Source of the DNA: Pseudomonadota bacterium
GTDB taxonomy: Bacteria; Bdellovibrionota_C; UBA2361; SZUA-149; DAOLCO01
DNA length: 64,000 bases
Direction of reading: 5' to 3'
NCBI GenBank assembly: GCA_027487795.1
Contig: JAIYCX010000039.1
Location: 355,811 to 419,810 of the forward strand
Positions 8,739 to 17,508 of this stretch are shown piece after piece; positions within the stretch are counted from its first letter, which is position 1, and each line of letters begins with the position of its first letter. A model generated the notes under the pieces. That model searched no databases, had not been told where the DNA came from, and saw only the letters and a program-made list of their open reading frames with translations. Both the position numbers and the translations under genes were made by a program.

Positions 8739-11552
8739 TTATAACATTGGAACGTCACCAGGTAACCCAAATGAATACTTCTTCATAGCTTTATCTGAAC
8801 TATTCTTAATAAACCATTCCCCTGAATGCTCTCTATAAACAGTGATATCTCCAACTCCGTCCTTATCTATATCAGTTTGACATCCCGGTTGATCACCTAA
8901 GGATCCAAACTTATCTACTATAACTGATCCATTAGCATTTGCAGAGAACCAATCAATTGTATTATTTGAATTTATTCGAGTAATAACTCTATCTTTACTA
9001 GAATCATTATCCATCTTACAACTTAAAGGAGTATCTCCTGGTTGACCCCATGGAAGTGATGAAATTAAAGTCCCGTTTCCATCTTTCACATCCCAAAATC
9101 GTACTAATTGCCAAACCGCAACATATTCATCTTTACCATCTCCATTAAAATCACCAAGTATAGGATCATGTGCCTTTCCGCCTAGTTGTATTTGAGTGAA
9201 TGCTGATCTGGAACCTTGCAATGCTGCTGATCTGTTAAAACCAGAAGTAGATTGTAATGTATAAAACATCCCTATAGATTTACGATAAACTGTAAGATCA
9301 TTTATTCCATCACCATCTGTATCTCCAATCATTGGTAGATCACCTGATAGTCCCCATTGTATCGAAGTAATAACTGAGTAACCACTCCCAGATGTTCTAA
9401 AAAACCATGTCCCAGTACTTGGTCTCCAAACTGCAAGATCAGCCTTCTTGTCTCCATCAAAGTCAGCTACTTTAGGCATATCTCCTGCTAAACCAAGTTG
9501 AAATTCTTTATGCGCCATAAAATCAAATCCAGAACTAGATGTTAGTATATAAAACATTCCATTATTTGGTCTCCATACTATAAGATCGCTCTTACTATCT
9601 CCGTCTATATCTGAGTGAACGTATTTGCTGCTACTAATTATTCCAGTAGAAAATAATATAGCTTTATTATTTCCAATTAAATCCTCTCTCGCTTGATTAT
9701 TTACTACTACAAGACTATCGCCAGAACCACCATTTGCTGGAGTAATAGAGACTGTAGATGAAGCTCCATAATCATATAAAGGGCTACCAGTAAAAGTGTC
9801 TTTATAACTTATACTAATATTACCATTTGAAGTTAGTTTAAGTTGTACTTTAATTTCTTTTTCACTTCCAGCGGTCGAGTTTAAACCATAAGGTACTGAT
9901 ACCCACGTATATATTACAGAATCACTAGTAATTTTTTCCCAAACACCACCATCAGAACTTAATGAAGATGGTATTAAATCGTCGTTAAAAACATTAATTC
10001 CAGAAAATACAGAATTTGCAAAATCAGGTGTGTTGGGAGCATTGTCATTCTGACCTAATGGAATTATTCTACCGTTAGTGGAGACTGCAAATTTATTATA
10101 ATTTCCACCATAGTATGGAAATGTAAATCCTATATTCGAAATAATATAAGCGTCATCAGCTTGAGAGATTCTATTACCTAATTGAGAATCATACTCAGAT
10201 GAAATAGAGCTTAAGTTATAAACTACAGCGTCAGGTAATGGTGCTATCGGTGTCACTTGATTAATTAAAGCACGGTATGCACTAACAATACCTGCTGATC
10301 TAACAAGCCCTGTTAAAGAACTAAGAGGTTTAGAGGTATTCATTATTCTGTTTTTTAGATTACCTACGGTAAGAGATGATTCTCTAGCTAGTAATAATGC
10401 TGCAATACCACTCACATGAGGTGTTGCCATTGAAGTCCCACTTAAATTTGTATAAGTATTTTGTAGATAAGTACTAAGAATTGAAACACCAGGGGCTGCA
10501 ACGTGAACTTTTGTACCACCATAGTTAGAAAAGTTTGCTAAATTCCCTGAAGAATCAACAGCAGCAACAGAAAGTATATTATCAATATTATAATTAGCAG
10601 GGAAACTTGCTGTTACATCGTTATTCGATGAATCATTTCCTGCTGCCGCTACAAATAAAATACCATTATCGTTTGCAGCTTTAATTGCGTTTTCAAGTGT
10701 TTGAGAATAACCACCTCCACCCCAAGAGTTACTTAGAACTCTTAGATTTACTCCTCTTCTTTTCATGTTTATTGCATATTCTATACCTGATATTGCATCA
10801 GCAATAGAACCAGAACCTGAAGCATCTAAAAATTTTATACCCATTACTTTTGTTCTACTAGCTACACCAACAACACCTCTTCCATTGTTTGCTACCCCTG
10901 CAATTGTTCCAGCACAATGAGTACCATGCCCGTTATTATCTATAGGGTTTCCAGATCGAGTAATAGCATTGTATCCATTTACATCATCTACTACTCCATT
11001 ATTGTCATCATCTATGTTATTGCCTGGAATTTCATCAGTATTTACCCAGACATTAGCCTGTAAGTCTTGATGTGTGTGTTCGATACCTGTATCAACAACG
11101 CCAACGACAACACTAGGATCTCCAGTAGTTATATCCCATGCCTCAGGAGCATCTACATCTATATCAGTGCGTCCATTGTTTTGACCTATGTTGTGTAGAC
11201 CCCAAAGTTCGCCCATTCTTGGATCTGATGGCAACGTTAAAGTGTGAACTTTGTAATTTGGCTCAAAAGTGTCAATAGTTCCATTGGCAATCAAATCTTT
11301 GATATATTTATGATTTAAAGTTCTATTTTGTTTGGTAGTTACTAAAGAAGCCCCAACTTCTGGAAAATCTCTAATTTCGTTTAAGTTTAGTTGATTTGAT
11401 AATGAAGAAGCTTGAGAATGACTCAAGTTATCAGAATATTTAACAATATACTGATTTGTTACAACTTCTTGTGCAAATGTATGTGTTGATAACTGTTGAC
11501 TTATAGATATAACAGCTAAATAACCTACTACTTTTAAATACTTATACTTCAT
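8739..11552 (-). CDS. Secreted subtilisin-like serine protease (peptidase S8) with N-terminal propeptide and C-terminal FG-GAP/VCBS-type repeats
   Basis: Catalytic triad motifs VGVVDTGI, HGTHCAGTIAG and GTSMATPHVSGIAALL. Repeated DxDGDxKxDLxVWRPxxGxW units in the C-terminal third. Signal peptide. Confidence 0.8.
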   Translation of the reverse strand: MKYKYLKVVGYLAVISISQQLSTHTFAQEVVTNQYIVKYSDNLSHSQASSLSNQLNLNEIRDFPEVGASLVTTKQNRTLNHKYIKDLIANGTIDTFEPNYKVHTLTLPSDPRMGELWGLHNIGQNNGRTDIDVDAPEAWDITTGDPSVVVGVVDTGIEHTHQDLQANVWVNTDEIPGNNIDDDNNGVVDDVNGYNAITRSGNPIDNNGHGTHCAGTIAGVANNGRGVVGVASRTKVMGIKFLDASGSGSIADAISGIEYAINMKRRGVNLRVLSNSWGGGGYSQTLENAIKAANDNGILFVAAAGNDSSNNDVTASFPANYNIDNILSVAAVDSSGNLANFSNYGGTKVHVAAPGVSILSTYLQNTYTNLSGTSMATPHVSGIAALLLARESSLTVGNLKNRIMNTSKPLSSLTGLVRSAGIVSAYRALINQVTPIAPLPDAVVYNLSSISSEYDSQLGNRISQADDAYIISNIGFTFPYYGGNYNKFAVSTNGRIIPLGQNDNAPNTPDFANSVFSGINVFNDDLIPSSLSSDGGVWEKITSDSVIYTWVSVPYGLNSTAGSEKEIKVQLKLTSNGNISISYKDTFTGSPLYDYGASSTVSITPANGGSGDSLVVVNNQAREDLIGNNKAILFSTGIISSSKYVHSDIDGDSKSDLIVWRPNNGMFYILTSSSGFDFMAHKEFQLGLAGDMPKVADFDGDKKADLAVWRPSTGTWFFRTSGSGYSVITSIQWGLSGDLPMIGDTDGDGINDLTVYRKSIGMFYTLQSTSGFNRSAALQGSRSAFTQIQLGGKAHDPILGDFNGDGKDEYVAVWQLVRFWDVKDGNGTLISSLPWGQPGDTPLSCKMDNDSSKDRVITRINSNNTIDWFSANANGSVIVDKFGSLGDQPGCQTDIDKDGVGDITVYREHSGEWFIKNSSDKAMKKYSFGLPGDVPML

Positions 11553-11736
11553 ACAAAACCCCTAATTACTAACTTTTCTTCATAAGAGAAGTTCTTAAGT
11601 AATCGTCATATCTATCAGAATGCTTTAGCAGGGTTTAATTTAAATCTGTAAATATTCAAATTTATGCAAAAATTTTTTTAATTTAGCGATAACCAAAGGA
11701 GTTTTAAATTAACAAACTAAAATAAAGTATTAAAAT

Positions 11737-12093
11737 ATGTCTTCAATAAGCCATCTAAATGCCATAAATCCAAAAGAAACTAATACTAGTACAGTCACTC
11801 TAGTGAATAGTACTGAGAATCAACAAAATAAAACTCATACATTTCAACAAAGCCTAGACAAGGCTTCTAGTATAGAAAAGACGTTTATAAATGGTATTAG
11901 CGCTCTTGATCAGTCTTTTAGAAGTACAGAAGTTAAAAGCGCAGCATTAGTAAAAAACCTTCCTAGTGAATATAAAGGTCTATTTGAATTACAACTCAGT
12001 GTCTACAAATGTAATTTTCAAACAGAAATCGTTACTAAAGTAGGTGAGTCTGTTCAAGGTGCAATTAAGAAACTCCAAAATCAAGCAGGTTAA
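11737..12093 (+). CDS. Small protein resembling the type III secretion inner-rod / FliE family (SctI/YscI-like C-terminus)
   Basis: 118 aa. The C-terminal LFELQLSVYKCNFQTEIVTKVGESVQGAIKKLQNQ aligns by eye with the YscI/FliE C-terminal helix. Sits immediately upstream of the sctRSTU genes. Confidence 0.3.
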   Translation: MSSISHLNAINPKETNTSTVTLVNSTENQQNKTHTFQQSLDKASSIEKTFINGISALDQSFRSTEVKSAALVKNLPSEYKGLFELQLSVYKCNFQTEIVTKVGESVQGAIKKLQNQAG

Positions 12094-12106
12094 CTAGGGA
12101 TTACAA

Positions 12107-12556
12107 ATGGACTCACGCGTACTTAAATTAGCTAAAATTTCAGAGAATCAAAATTTTTCTACCATTAGTGTTCAGGGTAAAAAATTATTAAATCAACGAC
12201 AAGAAATAGTTAAAAAGCAAAATAATCTAAAACTTGCTGCTGAGCAATTATTAAATGTCTATAGAGAGGTTTCTAATACTGAAGTTCAAGTTGATTCAGT
12301 TTCCTTAAAAGAAAAACATAAGTGGGCAACTCGGGCACTAAATCTGAAGCTTCTAAGTGATGATAAAGCGAATTCTTTAAATTCCGAAATAACAACACTA
12401 GAAAATGCTATTTATAAAAATAATATTAAAAAGCTTAATTCAAAAAATAAACTCAAAGAACAAGACATAAAAATCAAATCCTATAAACAAATTGAATTAA
12501 TTAAAAGGACAAATATTGAGTTAGAAGATTTAATTGAGGTTAAATTATATGTCTGA
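12107..12556 (+). CDS. Coiled-coil protein, possible SctO/FliJ-like stalk component
   Basis: 149 aa, no TM helix, heptad-rich. Position directly upstream of sctR. Confidence 0.25.
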   Translation: MDSRVLKLAKISENQNFSTISVQGKKLLNQRQEIVKKQNNLKLAAEQLLNVYREVSNTEVQVDSVSLKEKHKWATRALNLKLLSDDKANSLNSEITTLENAIYKNNIKKLNSKNKLKEQDIKIKSYKQIELIKRTNIELEDLIEVKLYV

Positions 12557-13334
12557 TTTATTTAATTCAGGAACAGGATCCTCATCTATTCCTTATATTA
12601 TCACATTATTTGCACTTGGTTTATTACCATTAGCGTTAATGGCAACAACTTCATATTTAAAAATATCTGTAGTTTTATCTGTGCTAAGAAATGCTCTAGG
12701 CGGAGGACAGATCCCATCTCAAGCTTTAAGCGGTGTATTAGCGCTTTTAATAAGTGCTTATACAATGAGTCCTGTATTTGAAAAGTGCATAAATAACTTA
12801 TCTGTTGATGCTCAAAATAAGAATATAGTGAAAAATATCCCTAAGACAATAAACTCTTCAAATATAGAATCAGTAATAAATAAAATTAAATTTACTACTG
12901 AGCCTCTTGTCTTATTTTTGAAATTGAATACTGGTCAAAAAGAGAGAATTTATTTTACTTCTTTACAGCTAAATAGATCAACAAAAACACTAGATGATAA
13001 CGAAAAACCAAAATTACTAGATTGTCAGTTAGGGAAGAATGATAAAATATATGACGATGGTTTTGAAAATTGTATCGCTCCACATGAATCTATATCGAGT
13101 TTAGTACTATCTTTTGTAAGTTCAGAATTAAGGTCTGCCTGCACGATTGGGGTTTATTTATTTATCCCATTCTTAGTTGTTGATTTAATAATATCTACAA
13201 TTTTAACGGGAATGGGGATGATGATGGTTAGTCCTATTACAATCTCCTTACCATTAAAACTTCTACTTTTTGTACTAAGCGATGGCTGGAGATCGCTAAT
13301 TGAAAGCTTGGTACTTTCATATAAGGTATTATAG
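12534..13334 (+). CDS. sctR: Type III secretion export apparatus protein SctR (FliP/YscR family)
   Basis: LMATTSYLKISVVLSVLRNALG and the near-invariant FIPFLVVDLIISTILTGMGMMMVSPITISLPLKLLLFVLSDGW. No long FliP-type signal peptide. VSP and LLLF residues match YscR better than FliP. Carries a roughly 45-aa insertion. Confidence 0.8.
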   Translation: MRLNYMSDLFNSGTGSSSIPYIITLFALGLLPLALMATTSYLKISVVLSVLRNALGGGQIPSQALSGVLALLISAYTMSPVFEKCINNLSVDAQNKNIVKNIPKTINSSNIESVINKIKFTTEPLVLFLKLNTGQKERIYFTSLQLNRSTKTLDDNEKPKLLDCQLGKNDKIYDDGFENCIAPHESISSLVLSFVSSELRSACTIGVYLFIPFLVVDLIISTILTGMGMMMVSPITISLPLKLLLFVLSDGWRSLIESLVLSYKVL

Positions 13335-13341
13335 AAAATAT

Positions 13342-13602
13342 ATGGAAAATCTTAGTATTCATATTACCGAAGCGATTAAAATACTTTTAATAGGACTTGG
13401 TATTCCACTAGTACTTTCAGTTTGTTTAGGTTTTTTAACTTCCTTACTTCAAGCAGCTACTCAACTTCAAGATCAAATTTTTTCATTTTTCCCTAAAGTA
13501 GTCTTATTAGCACTTTTAATAATACTCGGTGGAGAATTATTTTTAAATTTATTGGTTGAGAATCTTCAACAATTACTTATCAATATAAGGTATGTAAATT
13601 AG
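13342..13602 (+). CDS. sctS: Type III secretion export apparatus protein SctS (FliQ/YscS family)
   Basis: 87 aa, two TM helices, conserved LxxxQAATQLQDQ motif. Start taken at MENLS after the sctR stop. Confidence 0.75.
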   Translation: MENLSIHITEAIKILLIGLGIPLVLSVCLGFLTSLLQAATQLQDQIFSFFPKVVLLALLIILGGELFLNLLVENLQQLLINIRYVN

Positions 13603-13612
13603 GAAATTTAAA

Positions 13613-14431
13613 ATGACATCTGAATTAAAGCAAATTGATTTTAATTTCATCTATAATTACATATCAGTACTAGCTTTAGTTTCAATTAGATTTGCTACTG
13701 CGTTCTCGGTTATGAAGTCAATTAGAGGTATACTAGGAATGTCTGGAGTGAGTATACTTTCATTATGCTTCTCATTTTATTCTATTGGTACAAACTTAAG
13801 TTTATCAGTATTAAATAATACAAAAACTTTTTTTTATATTTTACTAACTAAAGAAATTCTTATTGGCTTATTCATTGGACTGAGTATGAGTTTAGTTTTT
13901 GAGCTAATACCTTTCTGCGGAAGATTATTTGATACTTTTAGAGGAGTTCAGTTTGCAGAACAAATGGCACCTGAGATGGGACCAAGGGATTCTGAGCTTG
14001 AAGTTTTTGGTGGATACTTAACTTTAGCATTATTTTTTTCGCCTCAAATATTTCCCTATTTTATAGAGTACTTATTTAAGATCAATAAATACTGTGGTGT
14101 TCTTTCAGAACAGGAAAACAATATAATGCTTTTTGAAGGCTTAAAGATTAATGCATCTACTATGTATGGCTTTATAGGGCAGATATTCATAACAGCTATA
14201 TTTGTTACTTTACCGCTAGTTGTATTATCTATGATGCTCGAAATTGGTTTTTCAATCATTTCAAAAGTTTCTCCAAAATTCCAAATAGGTTTAGATCTTG
14301 GTTACTTAAGGGCAGGGGCGGGAGTATTTATACTTTTTGCGGTTATTTTAAATGGGGAGACAGCAGAACAACTCCTCGTTAAGTATATTTCTAGCTATAT
14401 ATATAGTCTCCAGTCTATACTTAAGGTCTAG
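13613..14431 (+). CDS. sctT: Type III secretion export apparatus protein SctT (FliR/YscT family)
   Basis: 272 aa polytopic membrane protein between sctS and sctU. FliR-like hydrophobicity pattern. Confidence 0.7.
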   Translation: MTSELKQIDFNFIYNYISVLALVSIRFATAFSVMKSIRGILGMSGVSILSLCFSFYSIGTNLSLSVLNNTKTFFYILLTKEILIGLFIGLSMSLVFELIPFCGRLFDTFRGVQFAEQMAPEMGPRDSELEVFGGYLTLALFFSPQIFPYFIEYLFKINKYCGVLSEQENNIMLFEGLKINASTMYGFIGQIFITAIFVTLPLVVLSMMLEIGFSIISKVSPKFQIGLDLGYLRAGAGVFILFAVILNGETAEQLLVKYISSYIYSLQSILKV

Positions 14432-14440
14432 GTTAGTCTT

Positions 14441-15256
14441 ATGTCAGGTGAAAAGAACTTTGAACCTAGTCAAAAAAAGCTCAAAAAAGCTAATGAAAGT
14501 GGAAACATAGCTAAGGCTGCTGAGCTAACTGCATTTTCTACCATAAGTTATTGGTATCTATTATTAATATCCTCTACTTGGTGGGCGCACTATATTTTTA
14601 ATTTCTATCATAAAGTATTATCGGAAATTGACTTATTTAGTGAAGAATTGCTAGTATCTAATTTTCGAGAAGGTTCAATCTTGGTGATTTTAGCAATCTT
14701 GGTTTGGGGTATTGGAGCAATGTTATTTACTAGCTTCGCACTCTTACCACAAGTTGGATGTAGATTTACTTTTTCTCAATTAGAGATAAAGTTTTCTTTT
14801 CTCAATGTTGTTAAAGGAATTCAGAGAATCCTAAAAGGACATGAAAATGGAAAAATTTTCATTGGAATGTTTAGTGAGATGATACAACTTATTCTGTTTG
14901 GCTCTATTTGTAGCTTAATTATTTGGAAACAGATTAAGTACCATGTAACATTATCTTTAACCTTGGATGGTTCAGAACCAAATATAATTCTCTTGTTGAT
15001 GAGAGAAAGTTTAGTAAATTGTGTTTTTGAACTGACTATTATTAGTGGTGTTTATAGTATTTTTCGATATTCACTTAATAAAAAGAGACTTAAGAAAGAA
15101 TTGATGATGGATATCGAAGAACTTAAAAAAGAATTTAAAGATGATGAAGGTGATTCTTTAGTTAAGGGACAAAGAAAGTCTTTGCATCATGAAATTCTTG
15201 CTCATGAGATGATAGAGAACGTAAAAAACGCAAAGGTATTAGTGGTTTCAGACTAG
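14441..15256 (+). CDS. sctU: Type III secretion switch protein SctU/FlhB, N-terminal membrane domain plus linker only; ends exactly where the NPTH motif would begin
   Basis: N-terminus MSGEKNFEPSQKKLKKANESGNIAKAAEL matches the YscU/FlhB start (MSGEKTEQPTPKKL...). Four TM helices. The linker ...EELKKEFKDDEGDSLVKGQRKSLHHEILAHEMIENVKNAKVLVVSD is followed by a stop. Confidence 0.8.
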   Translation: MSGEKNFEPSQKKLKKANESGNIAKAAELTAFSTISYWYLLLISSTWWAHYIFNFYHKVLSEIDLFSEELLVSNFREGSILVILAILVWGIGAMLFTSFALLPQVGCRFTFSQLEIKFSFLNVVKGIQRILKGHENGKIFIGMFSEMIQLILFGSICSLIIWKQIKYHVTLSLTLDGSEPNIILLLMRESLVNCVFELTIISGVYSIFRYSLNKKRLKKELMMDIEELKKEFKDDEGDSLVKGQRKSLHHEILAHEMIENVKNAKVLVVSD

Positions 15257-15281
15257 TTGTCACTTTTGTAAGGCCCTAAAA

Positions 15282-17162
15282 ATGAAAAATTTCCTGGATA
15301 TTTTTAAAGAAGAGACTTCTCTTCCAGGTCAGATTAGGTCTATCGCAGCCCAACTAGGGGTTTATTTTAAAGCTAGTCATTTGGTTATTAGTTTATCTGA
15401 TACAGCATTTCTTTCTGCAGTCTCTCCAGTAGAATGGGTCAAAGAAGGATCTATTATTAAAGAAGACATTTCTACTAATCTATTAAAAGAATTAAAACTA
15501 AGACGAATATCTGGTCTTACATATCCTGAACAAAATAGACAAAATTTTATATCAGGAAATAATATTAGTAATAATAATTTCGTACTGTTTGCATTTTCAA
15601 TATCTTCAGGAATACCTGAAATTGAAGTTGCTATAGTAAGAGACGAAGAGTTTACTAGATTAGAGCTTAATTATTTAAATCAAATTCTTTCAGAAATTGC
15701 TCCTTACATTTCTAAAAGTCGTAAAGATTTATTGGGAGAACTCAAACAACAAGAAAAACAATTAACTGCACTTTATAGATTATCTCATGAGTTATCAGCT
15801 TTCTTATCATTAGATGAAATTTATCAGAAAGCATTTGAGATAATGAAATCGGAACTTGGTATTGATAGATTTTGGTTAGGCCTATTAAATGAAACTGGAA
15901 CTCGTTTAATAGGGGCCTCTGCTTTTGGTTCTGGTTGGAAAAGAAAACTTATTGAAATTAACATAGATGTTAGTGGGGACAGACACCCAATTAGTAAAGT
16001 AATACAAACTAAAAGACCTATTATATTAAAAGAAACTGGCTCAATACTTAGAGGACTTGGCATTAAAAGATTTATTTTGAGAAATGAAATTGATTCCGTA
16101 GGTCTTGTTCCATTAGTTGCAGGTGGTCAAGTATTAGGTTTACTTGCTTTTGAAGGTGAAAGAGAAGGAGTTGTTATTTCTAATAAAAAACTTTCATTAC
16201 TTTATAATTTTGCAAGTGAATTAGCTTCCGTTCTATTAGCCAAGAAATTAGAAGAAAGAGTATTAGCTGGGGAAACAATGAGAGCAGCTGGTTTGTTAGC
16301 TTCAGGTATCGCTCATAATTTTAACAATGTACTTCAAGGAATTTTAGGTCAAGCTTCTTTAATAGAGCTTTATTCTGAAAAGCCAGAACAGGTTAAAAAA
16401 TCTAGTGCTATAATTTCGGAAGCTGCAACAAAGGGTGCGAGTCTTGTTAAGCAGTTACTTAGCTTCGCACATTTAGAAGAAGCTGTGCCTAATATACTTG
16501 ATGTAAATTTATTAATTGAAAGAAGTAAGGCGAGCTTTCAAAGAACCTTAAAAAACAAGCAGTATATCAAATATCAACTAGAATCTAATCTTCCAAAGGC
16601 ATATGTAGATTCGTCCCATTTAATTAGAATCATCCAGGTTTTACTTTCTAATGCTAGAGATGCAATGCCTGAAGATGGTAGAGTTGAAATATTGTCTGAT
16701 TATATTGTAGTCGATAAAAATTCACCTCATTATGAAGTACCATTTGGCAGATATGTTCGAATAGGTGTCAGAGATAACGGAATAGGAATGGATTTAGAAA
16801 CTAAGAAAAGATGTTTTGAACCATTTTTTACAACTAAAAATACGGATCCAAGTACAGGCTTAAGTTTATCTGGTGGCGGAATGGGCTTGTCAGCTGCTTT
16901 TGCATTAGCTAGAAAGAACGGAGGTCGATTAGTAGTCGACAGTAGAAAAGGTCACGGCAGTTTGTTTACTCTTTATATTCCTGAAGAATCTGCTTTACAA
17001 AATAAAGTAGCTACAAATAAAGTAAGTCCAGATAAAGTTACCTCAAATAAATCAATTCAGGAAAAAGTCGAAGTAATTCAAACTGAAAATAAAATTGATA
17101 GCACTATTCAAATTGAAAACTTAGAATCAGCTAGTAATATTAAAAATATTAAACATGAATAA
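15282..17162 (+). CDS. Cytoplasmic sensor histidine kinase with GAF-like N-terminal domains (HisKA + HATPase_c)
   Basis: H-box LASGIAHNFNNVLQGILG. N-box LLSNARDAM. G-boxes VRDNGIGMD and GLSLSGGGMGLS. No TM segments. No response regulator adjacent. Confidence 0.8.
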   Translation: MKNFLDIFKEETSLPGQIRSIAAQLGVYFKASHLVISLSDTAFLSAVSPVEWVKEGSIIKEDISTNLLKELKLRRISGLTYPEQNRQNFISGNNISNNNFVLFAFSISSGIPEIEVAIVRDEEFTRLELNYLNQILSEIAPYISKSRKDLLGELKQQEKQLTALYRLSHELSAFLSLDEIYQKAFEIMKSELGIDRFWLGLLNETGTRLIGASAFGSGWKRKLIEINIDVSGDRHPISKVIQTKRPIILKETGSILRGLGIKRFILRNEIDSVGLVPLVAGGQVLGLLAFEGEREGVVISNKKLSLLYNFASELASVLLAKKLEERVLAGETMRAAGLLASGIAHNFNNVLQGILGQASLIELYSEKPEQVKKSSAIISEAATKGASLVKQLLSFAHLEEAVPNILDVNLLIERSKASFQRTLKNKQYIKYQLESNLPKAYVDSSHLIRIIQVLLSNARDAMPEDGRVEILSDYIVVDKNSPHYEVPFGRYVRIGVRDNGIGMDLETKKRCFEPFFTTKNTDPSTGLSLSGGGMGLSAAFALARKNGGRLVVDSRKGHGSLFTLYIPEESALQNKVATNKVSPDKVTSNKSIQEKVEVIQTENKIDSTIQIENLESASNIKNIKHE

Positions 17163-17433
17163 AAAAAATAATACTAATACGGCAGTTTCACTTAGTTACG
17201 ATCCACTAGATATGAATGCCCCAACAGTTTCTGCTATCGGTAGTGGTAAATTAGCTGAAGAAATGAAAAAAATAGCTTTTAAATACAATGTACCTATAAA
17301 AAAATCTTCAAATCTCGCTAATAAGCTTTCTAAAATACAAGTCTCCGAGGAAATTCCAGCTAGTTTATATGATGAAGTTGCTAAAGTGATTTTAAGCACT
17401 AAAAGACCCTTAAAAATAACTAAAAATAAATAG
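17155..17433 (+). CDS. Stand-alone SctU/FlhB C-terminal cytoplasmic domain protein (begins after the NPTH position; PTH motif absent)
   Basis: AVSLSYDPLDMNAPTVSAIGSGKLAEEMKKIAFKYNVPIKKSSNLANKLSKIQVSEEIPASLYDEVAKVI aligns with the FlhB-CC consensus AVALKYDEKKMxAPKVVAKGxG...NVPI...LARxLY...IPxELYxAVAEVL. The ATG overlaps the kinase stop codon (ATGAATAA). Confidence 0.7.
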   Translation: MNKKNNTNTAVSLSYDPLDMNAPTVSAIGSGKLAEEMKKIAFKYNVPIKKSSNLANKLSKIQVSEEIPASLYDEVAKVILSTKRPLKITKNK

Positions 17434-17508
17434 CTAAGAACTAAGTTCTGGTTACTTTTTCAGCTATCAGGTATCTAAAGCAGACATTAATTTAAAGTTT
17501 AAATTGTC

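Noticed and set aside
11680-11710. Possible sigma-28 (FliA) promoter GCGATAA upstream of the sctI-like gene
   Set aside because: Only the -10-like GCGATAA is present, with no convincing TAAA -35 at the right spacing. The downstream cluster looks injectisome-like rather than flagellar.
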